From an uncultured Planctomycetota bacterium (GTDB taxonomy: Bacteria; Planctomycetota; PLA2; JAEUHO01): 64,000 nucleotides of DNA. Where the stretch lies: assembly GCA_963752285.1 (NCBI GenBank), contig CAVVXN010000005.1:2080001-2144000 (forward strand), written 5' to 3'. Every line of letters begins with the position of its first letter. Position 1 is the first letter of the stretch. Below are positions 9,227 to 18,334 of the stretch, one piece after another. The notes below the pieces were generated by a model. That model was not told the origin of the DNA. It searched no databases and saw nothing but the letters and a program-made list of their open reading frames with translations. A program made the position numbers and the translations under genes.

Positions 9227-10714
9227 ATGCGCAAGATCCCTCCCGCCGCCTGGATCGTCCTCCCCCTCCTCGCCGGCGTCTTGTACGCGCTTGCGTGGCC
9301 GCTCTTCGCGCCCTCGCCGACGCTCGCCACGGTCGTCCCCGACGACGCGATCGTCACGCAGCGCTTCCGGGACGCCGCGGCGCTCGACCGCGCCTGGGTC
9401 GGTCCCCGTGAGGGCGGCGTGTCGCCGCTCGAGCGCCTCGCCGAGCAGCGAAACGTCGCGGGGCTCCCGGGCGTGGACCGCGCGCGGCCGATCCACGTGG
9501 TGCTGCTCCCGCGCGACGAGCGCCCCGACCCGTCCCTCGTGATCCTCCCCGTGTCCGACGCGAAGGCGCTTCGCGCTCGATTCGACGACCCCTCGTTCTT
9601 CCTCGAGCACGGACGTGTCCGTCATCCCCAGCAGCTCGCCGTACGTGGCGACTGGGCGGCGATCTCGTGGGACCAGGACGAGATCCAGCGTCTCGGCACC
9701 GGCGGCACGACCGCCGCGGACCTCGGCGAGACGATGGCGATGGCCGTGGACGTGCCGGCGACGGTCCGCTTCGCGCTCGCCGCGCCGAGCGACCTCCCCT
9801 GGCGCACCATCCTCGACGCGCTCGGCTTCGAGGTCCGCCCGCCCGATCCCGACACGCCCGACGCCGAGCCCGATGTCCACGCGCCTCGCGTCGCGCGCCT
9901 CAGCGTCGCGTGGAAGACGGCGCGCCTCTGGGCGTGGTTCTCCGACGGACGGCTCCGCGTGGACCTCGCGCCCGCGCCGGGCCCCCTCGCGGACCTGCTC
10001 CGGGACGCGGGCCCGTCGTCCGTGGCGACGGCGACCGACGACGTCCCCGCCGCGCCACAGAGCGCCCAGGCGTGGATCCGCACCCCCGACGCCCGCGCGC
10101 GCGCCGTCGTCGTGCGGGCCCTCTACGACGCCGGGGTGAAGCTCCCGTCCCCGGAGGAGGGCCTGAACCGGCTCCTCGACCCGAACCAGGGGAAGGGACT
10201 ACTCGTCTACGCATCGCCCGTTCCGGGCGAGGGCCACGTCGTGACCCTCGCCGTCGTCGCGCCCGCGGGCGCCCTCCCCGACCTCCGGCCGTTCGACGAC
10301 GCGCTCTCCTTGGACGCGAAGCCGAGCGGTCTCCCCGGCGCGCGGTTCCCCCTCCTCCGCGGCGACCTCGCGTGGTCGGGCACCCTCCCGGACGTGGACG
10401 TGCGGCGCGAGGACGTCGGTCGGTGGTCGGTCCTCGCGCTCGGCGCGTCCGCCGACGACGTGGTGTCCCGCTTCGAGCTCCACACGCGGACGAAGTACGT
10501 ACGGCCCTCGGCGACGGAAGCGCCCGAGCCGGGCCTCCGCCTGCTCTCGACGTTCGGCGTGGACGGGGTCCGCGCCCGCGCGCTCCTCGGCCCGGCGCTC
10601 GGGGAGGGAGGCGTCCTCGCCGCGCTCGGCGGCGGCCGCATCGAGGGCGAGGTGTGGACCGACGGGACCACGATCCGCGTCGAGGCCCGCGTCGTCCGGC
10701 TGCCCGGCTCCTGA
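9227..10714 (+). CDS. Hypothetical membrane-anchored or exported protein
   Basis: N-terminal hydrophobic segment (MRKIPPAAWIVLPLLAGVLYALAW), typical GC-rich codon usage, divergent from the HAD gene. Confidence 0.7.
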   Translation: MRKIPPAAWIVLPLLAGVLYALAWPLFAPSPTLATVVPDDAIVTQRFRDAAALDRAWVGPREGGVSPLERLAEQRNVAGLPGVDRARPIHVVLLPRDERPDPSLVILPVSDAKALRARFDDPSFFLEHGRVRHPQQLAVRGDWAAISWDQDEIQRLGTGGTTAADLGETMAMAVDVPATVRFALAAPSDLPWRTILDALGFEVRPPDPDTPDAEPDVHAPRVARLSVAWKTARLWAWFSDGRLRVDLAPAPGPLADLLRDAGPSSVATATDDVPAAPQSAQAWIRTPDARARAVVVRALYDAGVKLPSPEEGLNRLLDPNQGKGLLVYASPVPGEGHVVTLAVVAPAGALPDLRPFDDALSLDAKPSGLPGARFPLLRGDLAWSGTLPDVDVRREDVGRWSVLALGASADDVVSRFELHTRTKYVRPSATEAPEPGLRLLSTFGVDGVRARALLGPALGEGGVLAALGGGRIEGEVWTDGTTIRVEARVVRLPGS

Positions 10715-10748
10715 GGCGCTCGCGAGACGCCCGCAGGACGGGCGCGCG

Positions 10749-10979
10749 CTATCCCTGGACGTGCGCGCCGTCCGGGGGGAACCCGAACGAGACCGGGTCC
10801 TTCCGCGCGTCGTAGTCGCAGAAGCCGGCGTACCGACCGTGCGAGAGCGCGTCCTCCTCGCCCAGGCAGTAGGGACAGGCGAGGTGCTGTTGGGGCGACA
10901 GCCACCGCCCCGTACGACGGCAGCGGAGCCGCACGAGTCGGATCCCCGCGCCCGACGTCGTGTCACGCATCTCGATCAT
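10749..10979 (-). CDS. Small Cys-containing protein (76 aa), last gene of the 2-oxoacid oxidoreductase operon
   Basis: AAGGAG RBS upstream, overlaps the beta-subunit stop, pattern C...HxxCPYC...C. Confidence 0.7.
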   Translation of the reverse strand: MIEMRDTTSGAGIRLVRLRCRRTGRWLSPQQHLACPYCLGEEDALSHGRYAGFCDYDARKDPVSFGFPPDGAHVQG

Positions 10980-11880
10980 GTCCGACTCCTTCCTCGGCCC
11001 GCCGCCGGAGCGCCTTCCAGCTCGCCTCTACGCGGCGCTGGACCCGCGCGAGGTCCACCCCGGCGCGCCGGAACCGGCCCTGGCTCTCCAGGTAGCGCCG
11101 GAGCGCCTCCTCGCTCATCTCGGTCTCGACGTCGATCACGAGCCGCCCGTCCGGGAGGATCTCGTAGACCGGGTAGAGACCCGACTGGACGGCCCACCGG
11201 ACGAGCTGGAGCCCGAGCGCGGGCTCCGACTTCCACCCGGTGGGGCACGGCGAGAGGACGTGGAGGAAGCGAAACCCCCGGAGGTTCAGGGCGTAGCGCA
11301 TCTTCCGCTCGGCGTCCGCGAGGTGCGCGAGCGAGATCGAGGCCACGTACGGGATCCCGTGCGCGGCCATGATGGCGAGGATGTCCTTCTTCTCGTGGGA
11401 CTTCCCGAGGGGCGTCGTGGTCGTGGACGCGCCGAGCGGCGTCGCCGACGAGCGCTGGCCGCCCGTGTTGCCGTAGATCTCGTTGTCGTAGCAGACGTAG
11501 AGCAGGTCCTCGTTCCGCTCCGCCGCGGCCGAGACGGCCGCCATCCCGATGTCGTACGTCCCGCCGTCGCCGGCCCAGCAGACGACGCGCGTCGCCTCGC
11601 CGTTTTGCGCCGCGACGCGCGCGAGACCCGTGCCCACCGCGGCGGCGGACGCGAAGGTGCTCGACACGAGCGGCACGCCGTACGCCGAGTCCGGGAACGC
11701 GCCGACCGTCACGATGGCGCAGCACGCGGGCACCACCATCTGGATCGGCACGTCCCCGACGGCGCGGCCGAACGCCTGGAGCGCGATCGACATGCCGCAA
11801 CCGCCGCAGTTCGTGTTGCCGGGCCGGAGGAGCGGGTCGGCCCGCGCGGCGCAGTCGGCGACGGGAGTCGGCGCGCTCAC
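10963..11880 (-). CDS. porB: 2-oxoacid (pyruvate-type):ferredoxin oxidoreductase beta subunit
   Basis: CGGCG, ACC, GDGG...YDNEIYGNTGGQ (TPP binding), SPCPTGW. The GTG start overlaps the alpha-subunit stop. Confidence 0.9.
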   Translation of the reverse strand: MSAPTPVADCAARADPLLRPGNTNCGGCGMSIALQAFGRAVGDVPIQMVVPACCAIVTVGAFPDSAYGVPLVSSTFASAAAVGTGLARVAAQNGEATRVVCWAGDGGTYDIGMAAVSAAAERNEDLLYVCYDNEIYGNTGGQRSSATPLGASTTTTPLGKSHEKKDILAIMAAHGIPYVASISLAHLADAERKMRYALNLRGFRFLHVLSPCPTGWKSEPALGLQLVRWAVQSGLYPVYEILPDGRLVIDVETEMSEEALRRYLESQGRFRRAGVDLARVQRRVEASWKALRRRAEEGVGHDRDA

Positions 11881-13040
11881 GATCCGGTCTCCACGAAGAC
11901 GGGCGCGCCCGCGCGGTCGCGCCCCAGGAGGTCGGCCAGGACGTCGCCGACGTGCCCGGGGCGCACGTCGCCGCCGCCGAGGCCCGCCACGTAGCCCTGG
12001 ACGATCGAGCCGGGGGCCGCGGCGCCGCGCACCTCGGCCCACAGGACGCCGCCGAGCCCGAGCGAGATGTCGCGGTCGATCACCCCGACGAGGGGCACGC
12101 CCGCCAGCGCGTCGCGAAGCGGAGCCTCCGGGAACGGGCGGAAGAGGCGCACCCGGACCGCGCCCGCGCGAACGCCGCGCGCACGCGCCTCGTCCACGGC
12201 CGCGCGGACGGTCGCGGCGGTCGTGCCCATGGAGACGAGGACGACCTCGGCGTCGTCGGTCCGGTAGGGCACGACCGGGTCGGCCGGGCGGCGGCCGAAC
12301 GCGCGGGAGAACGCGTCCTGAACCTCCGCCATCACCTCGAAGCTCCGCGCCATGGCCTCCGCGTGCTGGCGGCGGTGGACCTCGGTCTCGCGCGGCCGGT
12401 CGAGCGATCCCACCGCCACGGGCCGGTCGGCCACGCGGTGCGGCAGGTCGAGGGGCGGCAGGAACGCGTCGACCTCCGCCTGCGACGGGATGCTCGTCTG
12501 CATCATCGTGTGCGAGAGCACGAACGCGTCCTGGCAGACGAGCACGGGCAGGAGGACGCGCGGATCCTCGGCCACGCGGTACGCGAAGAGGATCGAGTCG
12601 AAGACCTCCTGGTTGTCCTCGCAGTAGATCTGGATCCAGCCCGCGTCCCTGAGCATCAACGTGTCGCCGTGGTCGAGCCAGATGTTCCACGGCGGGCCCA
12701 GCGTGCGGTTCACCGCCATCATCACGATGGGGAGCCGGTAGAAGGCCGCGGCGTACACGTTCTCGGCCATGTACGCGAGTCCGTTCGCCGACGAAGCGGT
12801 GAAGGTGCGGGCGCCCGCGAGGGCCATGCCCATGCAAACCGCCATCGCGCTGTGCTCGCTCTCGACGCGGACCAGGCTCCCCTTCTCGATGTCCTGCCGG
12901 CAGAGGAGCTCGATGCTCTCGCTCTGCGGCGTGATGGGGTAGAGGCCCCCGCCGAAGCCCCGCGCGACGCGGTTCGCCCGCCCCGCGAGGGTGGCGGCGG
13001 TCGCCGCGGCGTGGTTGGCCGTGAGGAGCTCGACGCTCAT
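11877..13040 (-). CDS. porA: 2-oxoacid (pyruvate-type):ferredoxin oxidoreductase alpha subunit
   Basis: YPITPQSE, VESEHSAM, FTASSANG, NRTLG, DAFVLSH, RLFRPFP. ATGA overlap with the upstream gene. Confidence 0.9.
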   Translation of the reverse strand: MSVELLTANHAAATAATLAGRANRVARGFGGGLYPITPQSESIELLCRQDIEKGSLVRVESEHSAMAVCMGMALAGARTFTASSANGLAYMAENVYAAAFYRLPIVMMAVNRTLGPPWNIWLDHGDTLMLRDAGWIQIYCEDNQEVFDSILFAYRVAEDPRVLLPVLVCQDAFVLSHTMMQTSIPSQAEVDAFLPPLDLPHRVADRPVAVGSLDRPRETEVHRRQHAEAMARSFEVMAEVQDAFSRAFGRRPADPVVPYRTDDAEVVLVSMGTTAATVRAAVDEARARGVRAGAVRVRLFRPFPEAPLRDALAGVPLVGVIDRDISLGLGGVLWAEVRGAAAPGSIVQGYVAGLGGGDVRPGHVGDVLADLLGRDRAGAPVFVETGS

Positions 13041-15262
13041 GACTTCGCCACCATCTCCATCGCGCCGCGGGGGCACTCCTCGACACAGAGGCCGCAGCCC
13101 TTGCAGTACGAGGGGTCGAGCGCGTATCCGTCTTCGTCGGCGCGGCGGATCACGCCCTCCGGACAGGAGAGGAGGCACGTGTCGCACGTCGTGCACGACC
13201 CGCACGAAAAGCACCGCTCGGCCTCGGCCGCGTCGCCGAGGCCGCGCCGCACCTCGGCGAACGAGGTGCGACGCCCCGCCGGCGGGAGGAGCGGCTCCCG
13301 GGCCGGCCGGGCCCGTGCGAACGCGTCGGTCCGGACGTCGTCGGGTCCGACCACGCGCCGCCGGTCCGGACGTTCGAACGGCACGACCGCCTCGCCGAGC
13401 GCCTGGAGGAGCAGGCCCGCCGCGCGGCGGCCGCTCCCGATCGCGTGCGTGACCGTCCCGTCGCCCGTCGCGAGGTCGCCCGCGACGAAGAGGCGCGTCG
13501 GCGCGCCCGCAACGAACACGCGATGGTCCCGGATCTCGGCCCCCTCGGGGAGGAGGGAGACGTCGGCCGCCTGCCCCAGGGCGAGGAGGACGTGCGTGGC
13601 GGGATGCCGGGCGATCCGGTTCGTCGGAACGGGGCGCCGGCGGCCGCTCTCGTCGGGCGGTCCCATCTCGACCTCCTGGAGCACGACCGCCTCGACGCGA
13701 CCGTGCCCCTCGAAGCGGAGCGGGCTTCGCTTCTCGAGCAGCAGGACGCCTTCCTCGAGGGCCTCGTCGACCTCCTCCGCGATGGCCGGCATCTCGCGAC
13801 GGGTGCGGCGGTACGCGAGGGTCACGCGTTCGGCACCCGCGCGAAGCGCGCTCCGCGCGCAGTCGATCGCCGTGTTCCCGCCGCCGAGGACCACCACGTG
13901 GCCCGAGAGCGAGATCTCCTCGCCGAGACTCAGCCGGCGCAGGAACGCGAGCCCCTGCTCGACGCCCGGTAGGTCCGCGCCGTCGATGTCGAGCGCGACG
14001 CTTCGCTGGAGGCCGGTCGCCACGAGGACCGCGTCGTACTCGGTCGCGAGTCGTTCGACGCCCGCGCGGTCCACGAAGGCTCCGCAGCGGGTATCGACGC
14101 CGAGTCGCACGACGTCGTCCACCTCGCGGTCGAGCACGTCTCGCGGCAGCCGGTACGTCGGGATGCCCGTCCGGAGGACGCCGCCGAGTCGCGCCTCGCC
14201 GTCGTAGACCGTGGGCGCGTGGCCCTCGCGCGCGAGCGTGTGCGCGGCGGCGAGGCCCGCGGGGCCGCCGCCGACCACCGCCACGCGCCGCGGCGACGCC
14301 GCGGGACGCGGGGGCGTCGCCGCGACCGCCGCGTGGTCGGCGACGTAGCGCTCGAGCGCGCGCACGTTCACGCTGCCGTCGAGCGGACGGCGGTTGCAGC
14401 CGTCCATGCACGGCGCGGGGCACACGCGTCCGCACACCGCGGCGAGGGGCGTCGATCGGCCGAGCACCCGCGCGGCCTCGACCTGGTCGCCGCGGGCGAC
14501 GGCCTGGACGAAGCCGACGACGTCGTTCCCGGCGGGGCACGCGGCCGAACAGGGCGCGAGGCGCTCCACGTACCGCGGCACCTCCGTGCCCCACGCGCCG
14601 GTCCTGAGCCCCGTCGGTCCGCTCTCGGTGACCGAGGTGAGCGCGGGGACGACGGGCAGCGGGACGACGGGCCGCGGGTCCCCGGTCCGGGCCGTCGCCG
14701 AGGACGTGAGGGCCTCGCGAACGTGTACGGCCTTCCAGGCTTCCTTCGCGGCCTCGAAGTCGCGGTGGAAGCCGAGGTCCTCGTACGCGGCCTCGAGCAC
14801 GTCGAGGTCCAGGTCCATCGCGCGGGCGAACGCGCCGGCGATCGTCGTGTTCACGATCACGACGGAGCGCGTGCCGATGTGCCGGCGTCGCGCGATGGCC
14901 GTCGCGTCCACGACCGCGAGGCGGAAGTCGTCGTACCGGCCGGCGAACGCCTCGCAAGGCTCGGGCGTGTTGAGCACGAGCGTGCCGCCGCGCCGCAGGC
15001 CCGCGACGGCGCCCGGCCCGAGCAACGTCGGGTCGAGCACGACGAGGTGGTCGGGCTCGTACACCTTGTTGCGATTCGTGATCGGCGCGTCACCGACGCG
15101 CGTGTACGCGCGGACCGGCGCGCCCGAACGTTCCCCCGCGTAGTCGCCGAACGTCTGGACGAAACGATCGAGACGCGAGTACGCGGCGGCCAGGATCTTG
15201 GCGCACGTGACGCCGCCCTGGCCACCCCGGCCGTGCAGTCGAATTTCGACGGTCGCGGACAT
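13037..15262 (-). CDS. Fusion of 2-oxoacid oxidoreductase gamma subunit, GltD-like FAD/NAD(P)H oxidoreductase and 2x[4Fe-4S] delta-like ferredoxin
   Basis: HGRGGQGGVT, ERSGAPV; PCSAACPAG, CGRVCPAPC, GGGPAG, GGGNTAID, YRR; CTTCDTCLLSCP and CKGCGLCVEECP. Confidence 0.88.
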   Translation of the reverse strand: MSATVEIRLHGRGGQGGVTCAKILAAAYSRLDRFVQTFGDYAGERSGAPVRAYTRVGDAPITNRNKVYEPDHLVVLDPTLLGPGAVAGLRRGGTLVLNTPEPCEAFAGRYDDFRLAVVDATAIARRRHIGTRSVVIVNTTIAGAFARAMDLDLDVLEAAYEDLGFHRDFEAAKEAWKAVHVREALTSSATARTGDPRPVVPLPVVPALTSVTESGPTGLRTGAWGTEVPRYVERLAPCSAACPAGNDVVGFVQAVARGDQVEAARVLGRSTPLAAVCGRVCPAPCMDGCNRRPLDGSVNVRALERYVADHAAVAATPPRPAASPRRVAVVGGGPAGLAAAHTLAREGHAPTVYDGEARLGGVLRTGIPTYRLPRDVLDREVDDVVRLGVDTRCGAFVDRAGVERLATEYDAVLVATGLQRSVALDIDGADLPGVEQGLAFLRRLSLGEEISLSGHVVVLGGGNTAIDCARSALRAGAERVTLAYRRTRREMPAIAEEVDEALEEGVLLLEKRSPLRFEGHGRVEAVVLQEVEMGPPDESGRRRPVPTNRIARHPATHVLLALGQAADVSLLPEGAEIRDHRVFVAGAPTRLFVAGDLATGDGTVTHAIGSGRRAAGLLLQALGEAVVPFERPDRRRVVGPDDVRTDAFARARPAREPLLPPAGRRTSFAEVRRGLGDAAEAERCFSCGSCTTCDTCLLSCPEGVIRRADEDGYALDPSYCKGCGLCVEECPRGAMEMVAKS

Positions 15263-15424
15263 GGGCCACCCATGAGCCTACCCCCTGCGACGTTGTTGCA
15301 TACGCCGGCTTCGGACGAGAAACCAAGGTGAGATTGACTCGCAGGTCGGGTCGCAACGTGGCGCGACCGACCACACCCGGTCGGTGTTCAAGTACGCGCT
15401 CGTACTCGACCGGAGGTCCACGCC

Positions 15425-15661
15425 ATGCGCGCCCTGACGACCCTCCTCGCGACCGCGTCTCTCGCGCTCGTCCTGGCGACGCCGGCGTTCGCCGGGCCGG
15501 GACACCGTCACGGTCACGAGCACGACCGCTGCCCGGAGACGACCCCCGCCGTCCCGCCGGACCCCGACCTGAACCACGACGGCCGGCTCTCGACCTACGA
15601 GAAGATCCTCGAGGCCCGCTCGGTCCGCTGGAATCAGGTCGCCGAGCCCTCCTCCCGCTGA
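15425..15661 (+). CDS. Small secreted His-rich EF-hand-like protein
   Basis: GGAGG RBS, signal peptide ending AFA, GHRHGHEHD, canonical loop DLNHDGRLSTYE. Confidence 0.7.
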   Translation: MRALTTLLATASLALVLATPAFAGPGHRHGHEHDRCPETTPAVPPDPDLNHDGRLSTYEKILEARSVRWNQVAEPSSR

Positions 15662-15851
15662 AGCTCCCGCGGTCCGACCAACCCCGGGTCCCCTCCGTCC
15701 CGGAGTCGGCGGGCCCGCCGGGGAGGTCGTCGATCGGCCGCCCGCGTCGCGCTTCGCCGCGCGGGTAATCTGGGCCGCGGGAGGGTCCGCGCCCCGGACA
15801 CGGGTTTCGGAGGGCCCGCCGGTCACACCTCGGAGCCCGGAGGGACGGCCT

Positions 15852-18071
15852 TTGGCGCGTTGGTACGCCGCGACCCTGCTCCTCGGGGCCGCGCTGCTCT
15901 TCTGGCTCGAGCCGATGGTCGGGCGGCTCCTGCTCCCGGTGCTGGGCGGCGGGCCCGGCGTGTGGAACGTGTGTCTCGTCTTCTTCCAGGTCGCGCTCCT
16001 CCTCGGCTACCTCTACGCGCACTGGCTCCCCGCCCGACTGGGCACGCGCCGCCACGCGGCGCTTCACCTGGTCCTGCTCGCCGCCGTCTTCGTCGCGCTC
16101 CCGATCGGCCTCCCCGCGGGCTGGGCCCCGCCCGCGACGGGGGACCCCACCCTTCCCCTCCTCGGACTGCTCGCCCTCGTCGCGGGTCTCCCGTTCTTCG
16201 CCCTCGCGACGACGGCCCCGCTCCTCCAGTCCTGGTTCTCCCGCACGGGACACGCGCGCGCCCGGGACCCCTACTTCCTCTACGGCGCGAGCAACGTCGG
16301 GAGCGTGGTGGCGCTGCTCCTGTACCCGACCCTCGTCGAGACGTCCCTCGGCCTGTCGGGCCAGGCGCGTCTGTTCACGTTCGCGTACGGCGCGTTCGTG
16401 GCGCTCGTTGCCGGCGCGGCGGTCGTGCTCTGGCGTGCGCCCGCGCGGGCGCCGCGCGCCGAAGAAAGGGCGCCGGACGCCCGGGGCACGACCGATGGCG
16501 TCCCGGACGCGCGGCCCGTCACCGCCGCGCGCCGCGCGCGCTGGATCCTCCTCGCGTTCGTGCCGTCGAGCCTCGTCCTCTCCGTCACCACCACGATCAC
16601 GACGGACCTCGCGGCGATCCCCCTGCTCTGGGTCGTCCCCCTCGCGATCTACCTCGCGACGTGGGCCGTCGCGTTCGGGCGGCGTCGCGGGGTCCCGCTC
16701 CGCATCCTCCTGCGATGGCTGCCGCTCGTGGTCCTGGTGCTCACGCTGGTCCTGCTCTCCGAGGCGACGCAGCCGATCGGCCTCCTCGTCGGGCTCCACC
16801 TCGTGGGGTGCCTTTGGATCGGCCTCGCGTGCCACGGTCGGCTCGCGGCCGACCGTCCGGCGCCCGGCCACCTGACCGAGTACTACCTGTGGCTCGGCGT
16901 CGGCGGCGCGGCGGGCGGTCTCTTGAACGTGCTCCTCGCGCCGCTCCTCTTCGACTCGCTCGCGGAGTACCCGGTCGCGCTCGTGCTCGCGGCGGCGCTC
17001 GTCGTCGCCCCGGACGCGGCGCGCGCGTGGACGCGGCGCGCGTGCATCCTGGACCTCGCGCTGCCGGCCTCGCTCCTCGCCGTGACGGCCGGGCTCGTCC
17101 TCGCCTTCCAGTCGGGCGGGCTCGCGCCGGGGCCGGAGAGCGTCGCCGCCATGTTCGCGGTGCCCGTCGTCCTCGCCTACGTCCTCTCCACGCGTCCGCT
17201 CCGCTTCGCGGGGGCCATCTCGGCGCTGTTCCTCGCCGGCGGCCTGTACCACGGCGTCCACGGCCGCTCGGTGCTCTCCGAGCGGACCTTCTTCGGGATC
17301 TACCGCGTCACCGTGGACCCGACGGCCCGGTTCCGCCGTCTCGTGGACGGCAACACCGTGCACGGCGAAGAGCGCCTCGGCGAGACGGGCCCGCCCACGC
17401 CGCTCACGTACTACCACCCGACGGGACCCGTCGGCCGGGCGATCGCGGCGTTGGACCAGCGCCACGGCCTCCGGCACGTCGGCGTCGTGGGCCTCGGCGC
17501 AGGCTCGCTCGCGGCGTACGCCCGCGCGGGCCAGGACTGGACGTGGTTCGAGCTCGACCCGGCGGTCGTCGAGATCGCACGGCGCCGCGGCGGCTTCACG
17601 TTCCTCGACCGCGCGGCCGCGCCGCAGCGCTTCGTGACGGGCGACGCGCGGCGCGCGCTCGCGCGGTCCACGGCACGCTTCGACCTCCTCGTGATCGACG
17701 CGTTCTCCTCGGACGCGATCCCCGTCCACCTCTTGACCGAGGAAGCGCTCGCGGTCTACGTCGCGCGCCTCGCCGAAGGCGGCGTACTCGCCTTCAACGT
17801 GTCGAACCGCTACCTCGACCTCGCGCCCGAGCTCGCGCGGCTCGCGGCGCACGCCAACCCGCCGCTCGAGGCCGCGGCGTGGGCCGACCTCGACGTCCCG
17901 CCCCGGCTCTCGGCCGAGGGGAAGTCGCCGTCGTGGTGGGTCGTGATGGCGCGACGGGGCGCCGAGCTCGACGCGGTGCTCCGCGCGGGCGACTGGCGGC
18001 CGCTCCACGCCCGCCCGGGCGAGCGCGCCTGGACGGACGACCACGTGGACCTCTTCCGCGCGCTCCGCTGA
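15852..18071 (+). CDS. Fused MFS-like membrane / spermidine synthase-like SAM-binding protein
   Basis: Many TM helices, DPYFLYGASNVGS, GNTVHG, GLGAGSLA, ELDP, GDAR, DAFSSDAIPVHLLT, WTDD. Confidence 0.9.
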   Translation: MARWYAATLLLGAALLFWLEPMVGRLLLPVLGGGPGVWNVCLVFFQVALLLGYLYAHWLPARLGTRRHAALHLVLLAAVFVALPIGLPAGWAPPATGDPTLPLLGLLALVAGLPFFALATTAPLLQSWFSRTGHARARDPYFLYGASNVGSVVALLLYPTLVETSLGLSGQARLFTFAYGAFVALVAGAAVVLWRAPARAPRAEERAPDARGTTDGVPDARPVTAARRARWILLAFVPSSLVLSVTTTITTDLAAIPLLWVVPLAIYLATWAVAFGRRRGVPLRILLRWLPLVVLVLTLVLLSEATQPIGLLVGLHLVGCLWIGLACHGRLAADRPAPGHLTEYYLWLGVGGAAGGLLNVLLAPLLFDSLAEYPVALVLAAALVVAPDAARAWTRRACILDLALPASLLAVTAGLVLAFQSGGLAPGPESVAAMFAVPVVLAYVLSTRPLRFAGAISALFLAGGLYHGVHGRSVLSERTFFGIYRVTVDPTARFRRLVDGNTVHGEERLGETGPPTPLTYYHPTGPVGRAIAALDQRHGLRHVGVVGLGAGSLAAYARAGQDWTWFELDPAVVEIARRRGGFTFLDRAAAPQRFVTGDARRALARSTARFDLLVIDAFSSDAIPVHLLTEEALAVYVARLAEGGVLAFNVSNRYLDLAPELARLAAHANPPLEAAAWADLDVPPRLSAEGKSPSWWVVMARRGAELDAVLRAGDWRPLHARPGERAWTDDHVDLFRALR

Positions 18072-18334
18072 CGCGCCGAGGGAGGGGGGGAGCGCCCCGC
18101 CCCGAGCCCCCGCGGCGGGCGGGCGCCCCGGGACGGGACCGCCTCCCGCGAGACCGACGACGGCCGGGAAGGCGTGCCCCCCGAGCGGTTCGGTCCGGCG
18201 GGCTCGACATCCCACGTCCCGCGGGGGAGGCTACGCCCGCGCCCCGTCGGCCGGTGCCCCCCGGGCCCGCGGTCCCGCGCGGGACGCAGAGCCTCGGACC
18301 CCGACCGGCCGGGGTCGCGTCTTGATGGTCGGCG

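Noticed and set aside
15263..15424. FNR or Rex operator upstream of the oxidoreductase operon
   Set aside because: Only a half-site-like TTGACT is present, with no matching palindrome.
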